Positions 28,701 through 40,700 of a stretch of 64,000 nucleotides of DNA are shown here, one piece after another. Source of the DNA: Hypanus sabinus. Lineage: Eukaryota. The DNA lies in NCBI RefSeq assembly GCF_030144855.1, contig NC_082714.1:148614001-148678000 (forward strand). The letters are read 5' to 3'. Position 1 is the first letter of the stretch. Every line of letters begins with the position of its first letter. A program made the position numbers and the translations under genes. The notes beneath the pieces are model-generated. The model searched no databases. It was not told the DNA's origin and saw only the letters and a list, made by a program, of their open reading frames with translations.

Positions 28701-31700
28701 AGAACGAGTTCACTTCCTAATTAGAAACTAATTACTTCTATCCTCCTCTTATTCTAAAGTGATGTCCTTAGATTTTAACATTAAATTTATATCATTAAAA
28801 TGATTGTGATGATTTTCTTCCATGGAACTGCATTCTATGCCTGAGATCAGGTTAGTTTGTTGATTTCCCTTTTTATGTAAAGAACTATGTTCATCAGATC
28901 TCACTGTTCAAAACAGTGGCATGGCATGAATTATCTTTAATGACAAATGAATTTTCATCACATAATTATCTTGTGTACATAGATGCACATCCCAGGAGAA
29001 ATAAACTCCAAATTGTGCAAAATAAGCAATACTAATTGCAGCAGATCCTCCTCAGTGACTCTGTGTATTGACTGGAAGCAGCTCACTTCCATCCTCTAAC
29101 ATGTCAGGAAGCTAGAACTTTAATGCTCCAAATACTGAGTATAATAATCAGAAAAGAGTAAATAAAATAGAAAAGCAGGCAAGGGAAAAATTTAAGAACA
29201 TATCATCACAAGTGAAATCTTAAAGATAAACTATAGTCAGCTGCTAGATTTGTGCTTTAATTGATAATAGCAACACAGTAGATAATTACGCTTTAAATTC
29301 AGAGTATACTGGTCAGGGCATGAGGGATACAGGGAGAAGGCAGGAAATTGGGGCTGAGAGGGTAAATGGATCAGCCATGATGAAATGATGGAGCAGACTC
29401 AATAGGCCAAATGGCCTAATTCTGCATCTATCTTATGCTCTTATGGTTGAAATAGAAGGGAAATTCAACTATGAGAAAGCATCAAAATCCATATTTAATC
29501 AATTATGCAGCTTATTGTATTTCTGTATCTAATTAATCACCAACTTTTTATCCAAGGGGGATCCAGAAAGATATTTCTTAATACACTTCTTCCATTTAGT
29601 AAAATTAGTTAACTTATTAAATTTATAAACATTTCAAAATTATATTAACTTCTTAAGTCTTAATAACTTCCAACATTTCAGAACATGCAAAAATCATTGA
29701 ATTTCATTCTGACACACTCCTTCCATTTTAAAGCAACAGCATCATAATTCTCCTTTCGACTTTACATTAATTTAATGTCGCTTTAATCCATTCTTCATCA
29801 ACTAAAAGCCTATGACACAACTATTTCAAGATATTCCTACAAATTATATCAATAACTGGGAGGGAAAATATAATCATCTGTGGGAAATAAGTGCTGCAGC
29901 ATGTGACAGATTTACTGCCTGAATTTCAGACTACCTTTCAATGTAAAGTACTTTATCTTGTAAGCTGGTTATGTACATATGAATTTACAAATACCCTGTC
30001 TCCCACAAATATCTGCAATTATACTACTTGAGTCAAACCTGAAGTGAAGACTTGAGTCTCTAAAAATGTAGAATTCCTTAAAGTTATAGAGCTGGCATCA
30101 GGCATTCCATAAGTCCAAGAAGTATACTTCTGACCCGGAAATGGAACATGACAAATAAAATGAGTGATCATAGGTTCCACCTGGTGACCGCAGACCTCTC
30201 ACATAAAAAAGTTTGGGAATCCTTGATATGGAGGAACAGAAGCTCCCAAATTACTTGTCTTCCTCCTTTTTGCCCTGCCATCAGCTGGACCATTCTTGTA
30301 AATCTAATTGATGTTAATAATTGGATTTAGCAACCAAGTACAGTTTCCTGGAACAACTGTGTAATTATAGCTCCAATGCCATTCTTAAGTTTGCTGATAA
30401 CACTACTGTTGTTGGCTAGATGAAAAGTGACAACATATGCATATGGCCCAGTCCATGACAGGTAAAACCCTCTGCACTATTGAGCACCTCTACAAAGAGC
30501 ACTATTGCAGGAAAGCAGCATGCAGAATCAAGGACCCCACCATCCAGGACATGCTCTCTTCTTGCTTTTCCCATCAGCATAGATGTACAGGAGCCTCAGG
30601 ACCCACAAAACCAGATTCAGGGACTCTTATTACCCCTCAACCATCAGGCTCTTAAACCAGAGTGGATAACTTCACTGACCCCAACACTCAACTGATTCTA
30701 CAACCTAAAGACTCGCTTTCAAGGACTCTACAATGCATGTTCTCAATACATATGACTTACTTTACTATTAAATGTTCTCCTCTTTTGCACAATATGTTGT
30801 ATTTTACACCTGGGTTGTTTGTCTACCTTTGCTGTGTACAGTTTTTCATAGATTATATTGTGTTTCTTTATATTTACTATGAATGCCTACAAGAAAACTA
30901 ATCCCAGGTTTGTATGACAGTGAGGCCAAGTACAGATCCAACACCATATACAAGTATGCTGATGACACCACTGTTGTGGGCCGTATCAAAGGTGGTGATG
31001 AGTCAGCATACAGGAGAGAGACTGAAAATTTGGTTGAGTGGTGTCAAAACAACGACCTCTCACTCAAAGTCAATAAGATCAAGAAACTGATTGTAGACTT
31101 CAGGAAAGGGAAACCAGAGATCCATGAGCCAATACTCATCGGAGGATCAGAGGTGAAGAGGTTCAGTAACTTTAAATTCCTGGGTGTCACTATCTCAGAG
31201 GACCTGTTCTGGACCCACCATGATAGTGGCTCCACTATCATGATAGTGTCCTTCAGAGTCTGCGGAGATTCAGCATGACATCAAAGCCCTGACAAACTTC
31301 TATAGATGTGTGGTGGAAAGTGTATTGACGGACTGCATTACAGCTTGGTATGGGAACACCGATGCCTTTGAGTGGAAAATCCTACAAAAGGTAGTGCATC
31401 CATCATCAAAGATCCTCACCACCCAGGCCATGCTCTTTTCTTGCTGCTGCCATCAAGTACAAGTGCCTCAGGACTCACACCACCAGATTCAAGAACAGTT
31501 ACTACCTCTCAACCATCAGGCTCATTAAAAAAAAGAGGATAATTACACTCAATAATTGAGATGTTCCCACACCAATGATCTCACTTTAAGGACTCTTTAT
31601 CTTGTTTATATTTGTATTTTCACAGTTTGTTGTCTTCCATGCTCTTGCTCTTCCATTAAACCTGCTTACAATTACTATTCTATAGATTTGCTGAGTATGC

Positions 31701-34700
31701 CTGCAGGAAAAAGAATTTCAATGCTGTGTGAAGCGACATGTATGTACTCTGATAATAAATTTTATTTTTAACTTTGGAGAGTATGATGGCCTGGTATGGA
31801 AACACCAATGCCCTTGAACGGAAAAGCTTACAAACAGTAGTGGGTACTGCCACCTTTGAGCACATTTACATGGAGCGCTGTTGCAGGAAAATAGTACCCA
31901 TCATCAAGGTCCCCACTATCCAGGCCACGCTCTCTTCTCGCTGCTGCTATCAGGAAGGATACTTGGGTCCAATTTCAGGAACAGTTATTACCCCTCAACC
32001 ATCAGGCTCTTGAACCAGAAGGGATAACTTCATTCATCTTCAGTCACCCCAAAACTAACTGCTCCCACGATCTATGGACACACTTACATGGACTCTTCAT
32101 CTCATCTATTCATTCATCCATCCATTTATTTATTTATCTATCTATCTATCTATTTCTTTATTTATTATTTTTCCTTTTGTATTTGCACAGTTGTTTTTTT
32201 TTGCACACTGGTCGTTTATTCATCTTGTGTGCAGTCTTTCACTGACTCTATTGTGTTTCTTTGTATTTAAAGGTTTCAAAGGTACATTTAATGTCAGAGA
32301 AATGTATACAGTATACATCCCGAAATACTTCTTCTTTGCAACCATCCACAAAAACAGAATGCCCCCAGAGGATGAATGACAGTTAAATATTAGAACCCCA
32401 AAGCCTCCCCAGCTCCCCCCTCCCACGTATAAGCAGCAGCAAAGCTTGTGAATACACACAAGGAAATGAATCTCAGGATTGTATATAGTGATGTATATGC
32501 ATTTTAATAATAAATTTACTGTGAACAGTAAACTCAAATTATGCAATGATGCTTTCATAACAATAAGTAAAATGATAAACTGTTCTACTGAGTTCTATTA
32601 TAACACTTTAAAAGGTAAGTTTTAAGCAATAAAAATTCATCCATACTTTCCTTCCTCAGTAAACACTTAGACTCTGGTAATTGACCCATAGAATATACTT
32701 AACGCTTAAGAAGTAATTCCTTTATGAAGGATCTATTCCCTAATAAATACTCTTCTAGCTATCATTTCATAAATTCTCACTTCCCAGTTTATATTAAGGA
32801 AAGAAAAGAAAATCAGATTACTAAAGAGACAAAATTATATCCAAGACACTAAACAGTGATAATAGTAATTACTATAATGGGAGACAAAGGAACATCAGTA
32901 AGATGGAATGCAGGACAGAAAAATCAAGCGCTGAGACATTCAATGTGAGCAATCAAAATACAAGCTAAAAAAAATAAATTGATTCAAATGAGTAAAATAA
33001 TTTGTTAGAGTAGCCAGATGGATGCCACTTCCTCAGGTGCAACAATCTAGGAACTGGGCATTACATTAAAAATGGTGCCATTGTCAGGGATGATGTCAAA
33101 AGTTATATTATGCACAAGAGATAATGGGTCCTTGCTGCCTAAGATCTGTGAAGTTGAGGGTCAGTTCAAAATTTTAAGGGTATTAACAAATTATGAAATC
33201 AAGGCAAGTAAATGAAATTAAGATAGCAATCAGCCAAGATCTAAGTTCATGTGGAAGAAACATCCAGTGGTTGACTATGATATTCCAGTCCCCATAAGTG
33301 TTTTATTTGTCATTCAGGCCTACATTCAAAATAATAATGGTTATACTTGTAAAGTTGTATACATCTAAAATGATCTTATGAAGTCTTCTTTAGGAATAGT
33401 GATAGAAAAGAACATGTATCGTTGAGTTCTGCAAAGATTTGTACTAAGCCCTGCTGCACTATCAATAACTCCAAAAGACTGGAAGTAGAGTAAATACTGA
33501 ACGGCTTTTATTAGCAGTAAAACGGAGCACGTTCATGCTGGATGACTGCCCTGGACTGCAGGAGGAGCAGTGACACAATCATCTTTATCTAGGGGTCTGT
33601 GGGAGGAGCCACAGGAGCAGTCAGCAGAGGGGCGTGTCCAGACAGATATATATGATTTACCACAAGCCCACTGCTTTTTATTGACATATACAATAATTTG
33701 GATTTGGATGTACAGGCCACAATTTCCAAATTGCACAAAACTTAGAAGCATAATTAACTGTTACAAGGATAGCACAAATACAAGAGATTCTCTAAATGCT
33801 GGAGATCCATGGTAACGCAAAGAAAATATTCAAGGAACTCAGCAGGTCAGGCAGTGTCTATGGAAAGGATAGAGTGTTTATTTTGGGTCAAGACCCTTCA
33901 TCAAGACTGACGAAGGAGAGCAACACCCTTCATGGCTATATCACAGATGGTAGAAAGGAAGGAGAGGTAGTAGATAAAATATAATGCTGAAAAAATGAGA
34001 ACTACTCTATTTGATAGGAATGATAGAAATATGACATATAAACTAGATAACACAATTGTAAAAGGGATACAGATATGGTGATGTAGATGCATGATTTTAA
34101 TGGAAGTGACAGTGGAGGTTAAGAAATGCCTTGAGGATCCTGGGCTTTACAAGTACAGGCAAAGAACAAAAAAGCTAAGAATTTGACCACAACTAAAATT
34201 TTGTGTCATGTTCCAGGTATCACTCTATAAAAAACATGAATGTTAGAGAAGTTTCAAAGGTGTTTAACAAAATCATTACATGGATGAGGGACTTTCATTG
34301 TGTGATGATAATGGTCTTTCCAGGATGAGGGGTGGCCACAAGGAAACCAGAACACCTGGAAAATGAAAATGCATATGCCACAATGCTCGTCATTGACTAC
34401 AGCTCAGCATTCAACACTATCACCCCATCAAAACTCATCACTAAGTTCAGGGTCTCAGCACCTTCTGTCCAACTAGATCCTTCATTTCCTCACTTGCAGA
34501 CCACACTTAGTATGGATTGGCTCCAACATCACCTCCACACTCATCATCAACACAAGTGCGCCACAGGGCTGTTTCATTCATTTGATGCCTATCATTAGGT
34601 GGCTAAGTACAACTCAAATGCCATATTTGAGTTTGCTGATGACACTACTGTTGTTGGCTAAATCAAAGGTGGTGACAAATCAGGTAATCTGAAATCTGGC

Positions 34701-37700
34701 TGCATGGTTCCACAACAACAACCTCTTACTCATGTCTTCAGAAGCAGTAAACTAGAGGTCCATCAGCCAGTCCTCATTGGAAGATCAGAGGTGGAGAGGG
34801 TCAACAACTTTAAATTCCTTGGTGTTATAATTTTGGAGGGTCTGTCCTGGGCCCAGCACGTGTGCAATTATGAAGAAAGCAAGGCAGCACCTCTGTTTGT
34901 GAAGATTCCGCATGACATCTAAAAGTTGCCAAACTTCTGTAGATGTATAGTCGAGAGTATATTGACTGGGTGCATCATAGCCTGGTATGGTAACACCAAT
35001 TCCTACAAAAAGTCATGGGTATAGCCCAGTCCATCACGGGTAAAGCCCTCCCCAGAATTGAGCATATCTACACCAAGTGTTATTGCAGAAAAACAGCATC
35101 CATCATCAGAGAACTGCCCCCCCACCCCCCCCCACCCTGGTCATTCTCTCTTCTCACTGCTGCCATCAGGAAAAAGGGACACAAGCCCCAGGATTTACAC
35201 CACCAGGTTCAGGAATAGTTATTACCCTCAATCATCTGGCTCTTCAACTAAAGGGATAACTTCACTCAACTTCATTTGTCTCATAATTGAAACGTTCTCA
35301 CAACATATGGACTCACTCTCAGGTTCTTGATATTCATTGTTCGTTTGTTTGTTTATTTATTATTATTTATTTCCTTTTGTATTTGCACTGTCTGTTGCCT
35401 TTGGCATGCTGATTGACTGCCTGAATTAATGTGGTCTTTCATTAATTCTGTTATGGTTATTATTCTATTATGGATTTATTGAGTATGGCCTGAAGAAAAT
35501 GAGTATTAGGTGATATGTATGTATTTTGATAATGTTTACTTTGAACTTTGTCAACATGGAGCAAAGAGAGTCTGCAAATCTGTCAGGAGCAAAGGATGTT
35601 TGGAATGAAGAAGGTGGAGCACCAATGGAGGGGAATGGGACAAGTGGCAGAGAAGGAGTGCCAGGAGTGGTGGGGAGGGTGGCATGGGTGCAAACACACT
35701 CAGTCCTGAGACACCGAACTGATTCCAAACAATTGGTTTATTGATCATTACGGAATATCCTTCCCGCTCCCTCCCCATTTTCCAAATCATGCTTCCCCAC
35801 TCTCAGTCCACAACAGAGATCCATATCAGAATCAAGTTTATCATCACTTACATATTCAGGAAATTTGGGTTTTTTTTGCAGCAGTAGACTGCAATACATA
35901 AAATTACTACACTATGGTGCAAAAATTTTATATGTGCCTAAGACTTTTGCACAGTACTGTACATGGTAACATATACATACTTTAACAATTAATTTCCTTT
36001 GAACTTTTGTTGCAGTTACTTAAAGAATATCTGTATCAAAAGGAATACAATTTCATTAGATAGAGATAAAGTGTTTCGAGATCTATAGCTTGGAGCGACA
36101 GACTAAAGACTAAAGCACAAGATCCAGAAGAGACACAACGAAAGTATTATTTTTGGGTTGAGTTTAGAACACACTGCTAGGAATAGGAGTGGAGGAAATT
36201 CAATTAATAATGGCACTCTTTTAGATTGTGCTTAGTGGAGTATAATGATCAATTAACTGTGTTTTATTTAAATTGGAGAGAGAACAAAGGTTTCTGCTGG
36301 TTCTTTTCTGCCCAGTGCAAGTCGTAGTCTGCTTCCTTTTACCACAGAATTTTATATTTCATTTTCAACCTAACGAGTTTTGCAATACAAAAGGTTGACT
36401 TTAGAGTACTTTCTATATATTAAAAAAAGGCTGCAGAGAACCATGCAGGTCTTATGCTGGTAACCAAATATCTACAGAATTGTAGAGTCAGCAAATGATT
36501 AAGTTCAAACTTTATTCTACAGGGATAGAACATATAGTATAAAACACATACTTTGTTGGGGTGGGGTCAGGGAGGTACAATATTGCAAGTCAATTATGTG
36601 ATTTAGCAGCACCACAAACCACCAAAGTCAACCACTTATACAATTAGCAACACCATCTAAGACTACTCATTAGATTTTCTGAAAAAGTATAATCTTAAGT
36701 TTTTTTTTAAGTGGTAAGCTTTCCTACAGCTACCTGAACATCTAATAACCACAGCAGTCCTATACCTCAACAGTCTCATCCTCCACAGATAGTAACATTC
36801 CTACAAGAAAGTTTTAACACTTAAAAACATTGAATCACAGTTAAATCATTAACAATACTGTTACATCTGGAAGAAACTTCTAGATTTGAATAACACCAGA
36901 TCTTTCACTGCTGTTACAATTCTAATCTCATTAGTTATAAACACAACCAGATATAGACAAAAGACAATAGGTGCAGGAGTAGGCCATTCAGCCCTTTGAA
37001 CCAGCACCAACATTCACTGTGATCATGGCTGACCATCCACAATCAGTACCCTGTTTCTGCCTTCTCCCCATATCCTTTGACTCCGCTATCTTTATCTAAT
37101 TCTTTTCTGAAAGCATTCAGAGAATTGGCCTCCACTGCCTTCTGAGGCAGAGCATTCCACAGATCCACAACTTTCTGGGTGAAAATGTTTTTCCTCAACT
37201 CCATTCTAAATGGCCTACCCCTTAATCTTAAACTATGTCCTCTGGTTCTGGACTCCCCCAACATCAGGAACATGTTTCCTGCCTCCAGCGTGTCCAATCC
37301 CTTAATAATCTTACATGTTTCAATCAGATCCCCTCTCATCCTTTTTAATTCCAGTGTATTCAAGCCCAGTTGCTCCAATCTTTCAACATATGAGAGTCCC
37401 GCTGTCCCAGGAATTAACCTTGTGAACACAATACTCCAGGTGTGGTCTCACCAGGGCCCTGTACAACTGCAGAAGGACCTCTTTGCTCCTATACTCAACT
37501 CCCCTTGTTATGAAGGCCAACATGCCATTAGCTTTCTCCACTGCCTGCTGTACCTGCATGCTTACTTTTTGTGACTGATGAACAAGGACACCTAGATCTC
37601 GTTGTACTTCCTCTTTTCCTAACTTGACACGATTCAGATAGCAATCTGCTTTCCTGTTCTTGCCACCAAAGTGGATAACCTCACATTTATCCATATTAAA

Positions 37701-40700
37701 CTGTATCTGCCCACTCACTCAACCTGTCCAAGTCACCCTGCGTTCTCATAATATCCTCCTCACATTTCACACTGCCACCCAGCTTTGAGTCATCTGCAAA
37801 TTTGAAAATGTTCCTTTTAATCCCTTCATCTAAATCATTAATGTATATTGTAAACAGCTGCGGTCCCAGCACCGACCCTTGCAGAACCCCACTAGTCACT
37901 GCATACCTGACATATGATACCCTCCTGATGAAGGGTCTCAACCCGAAACGTTGACTGCTTCTTTCAACTGATGCTGCCCGACCTGCTGAGTTCATCCAGC
38001 TTTTTTGTACGTCTTGACATATGATATGTAGTCACATATTTGACTACTTATGTTGGATAAAGTTTGCTTAATCAGAACTGTGGTAGTTCACAATTATCTT
38101 AAAAACAGTGATACCTCAGGAGTGAGAATTAAACTAGTCCCAACCAATAAATGTCAACTTTATGTGGCTAATTTAATGCTACTACAATGTTGCCAGACAC
38201 AGAAAACATTTCCAAGCAACTTCACTTCAATCCCACCACCTTTCTAGCATAAAAAAATCCAGCCTTTCATATACCAGATGCAGTGATATTTACTTCTCTT
38301 CTGGTAGATAGGACTTTGACATTTTCACTAAAACAATGTTCAAAATGACAACAAACTTACTGAGAACACTCTGCAGTTTTGCCTTTACTCTGGTAATCCA
38401 TGATACACTGTATCAAATGATTGTTTTCATCCAACATCTAAAATCAGAAATAATTAAAATTGTTTCAGTTATATAGAAGAAACATAAACCAAATCTTACA
38501 ATATAGTATAATTTAGTACTATTCACACTTAATTATACTCAAATGGAGTGCAGTTCTGATGGATTATTAAAACTATAATACTCATGGTAAACAAACATGT
38601 TTACAGATCAGCCTCCAAATTATTACCTGTTTTACAATTGTAGTTCAGTGTAATTGTTAAAAGTATTCAAAATCCCTTATATTAAAATATCTGTTTTGCT
38701 GACCAAATGCAAAGATGAAAACCAGCTTCAACCTCCATACTGATGGAAATGCAGAGCTCCAAAATAGGATTCTAATTAGGAGCTTAAAAGTTATATTTGA
38801 TCTACAAAGGAAACCAGTTTTCTGTTGACAGCTGGCACAACCTTCTGTTGATCACTTGAAAGCAACTTATTTATCAGACATACCAAAATTATATAATGCT
38901 CCATATCAAATTCTGAGAAATGAAGGGTCAGGGCTACTTCAGGGAAAAAAAACAGTATTCTTTGATCATCTGGTCTAACTATTAATTCTTCAAAATGGAA
39001 GAATGAGATTCTTCTCTTCTGTCATTCAATGAACTACACACTACTCTTTAGTCAACCTGGCAATAGAATTAGTGAAGGGTCAGCCAAGTTGGGAGTTGGA
39101 ACCATTGTGCTGTGTCAAGTGACATATGTATTTAGAGGCAACCAATTACTGGAAATTCCACCAACCAAATCAAAATGTTTAGAAGATTTATTCTAGCTAA
39201 TTATTCATTACTTTCAATTTAAATCAACACTAGATCTTTTAAAATTTATTGGTTCCATCTATCATTTCTTTATTTGAGTATTAGATAACCCTAAAATTGA
39301 TTATTTGGTCCATTAGCACAAATGCAAAACCAGATTGTTCCACAATAAAATCCTTTATTCTCAATGGATATATTTTCAGAATCTGGAGAACTAGACCATG
39401 AAGATCTTGAGATACAATAGCTGCACAAGGGTTGGAATTAGGAAAGGAAGAGAAAATTAAAAATTTATGTAAAAGTAATCACTTATTCTGTTTTATATAT
39501 GTATAAATCATAAAACTTTACTATTTTGATTTTCAACTTCTCAATTCACCGAGAAACCTTTGCCTACTCTTCTTCAAATAGTTGCCGGTAATACTAACTT
39601 TATGTCTCATCTTAAAATAGAAAATTGAATGGACTATTGGCCTGACGTTTCAAAATGACTAACTTTTTTTCTGAAATTATATGCAATTAGCCTCTTTAAA
39701 ACTTCCACTATTTATTTGTCATTTCTTCCAGGAAAAGCAAGATGGCAGAAAGCTACAGAAAGAGGGAGCAAAATGATGCAAAATATTAACACTGCTGGTT
39801 ACTTGGCTAAATCCTGGCACACATAACACGAAGGCAGACGAGCATCCTATCTAATGTGCCGTTTGAGCTCTTTGTGCTCCGTTACGCTGAAGGCGCGCAC
39901 GATACACCGAAAATAATCAGTCCAATCCTGATAAATAACGAGATATCGATCTGGTTACCCGGCTGCACTCATCAGAGGGAAATCCGCGCTGAGATCTGTT
40001 TGCAGCGCAGTTAGCATGAGCGAGGGTGTTCTCATCGGCAGTGACAGAGACAGATGCGAAGTGGTGGGTGTTTAGCAACAATGCTCCCTGTCCATCGGAT
40101 GGCAGCACGATGGTTTGCTGAGCGGGATGCTGATGAGGTGTTGATCGCTGTCTGCACTGACACCTTTTTCTTCGCCATTATTAATCCGCGAAACTGCCAT
40201 CATTTTCCCACCAACACGACATCGCCCTCCCCTCCCAAACCCTCACAGCCCTCCCCTCCACTCACCTATTCCGGCTCCTTCGTTACCATGAATGCCAAAC
40301 TCAACGCAAGGCACCATCTGGATAAAGTTTGGTTAAATGCAGCACGAGTAGGGAGGAGAGGGGGGAATCGAATAAAAAATCTAATGCTTCGTTGCCCACT
40401 TAACCCGTCAGAGTAGAGAAACCGAGGTTGCAAGAAGCTTCCATCAGCACCATGAATCAGTTCCTCTTTACAAAGCAACTCCATTTGGAAGAATTGTTAA
40501 ACTATTCACAGATTGTAAGTTTCAGTTCATTACTCAGATGCGTTCTCATAATAATTTAATAAATAATGAATCAATCTGCAACATAAAACACAACCTCCTT
40601 CACCATTTTAGCCTTTCCATTCCTGACTAAATTAGCACTTATATGAATCAATCCTTGATTGTATGGCTTAGCACCCGATCGTCTTATATGCTTCTTTGAA

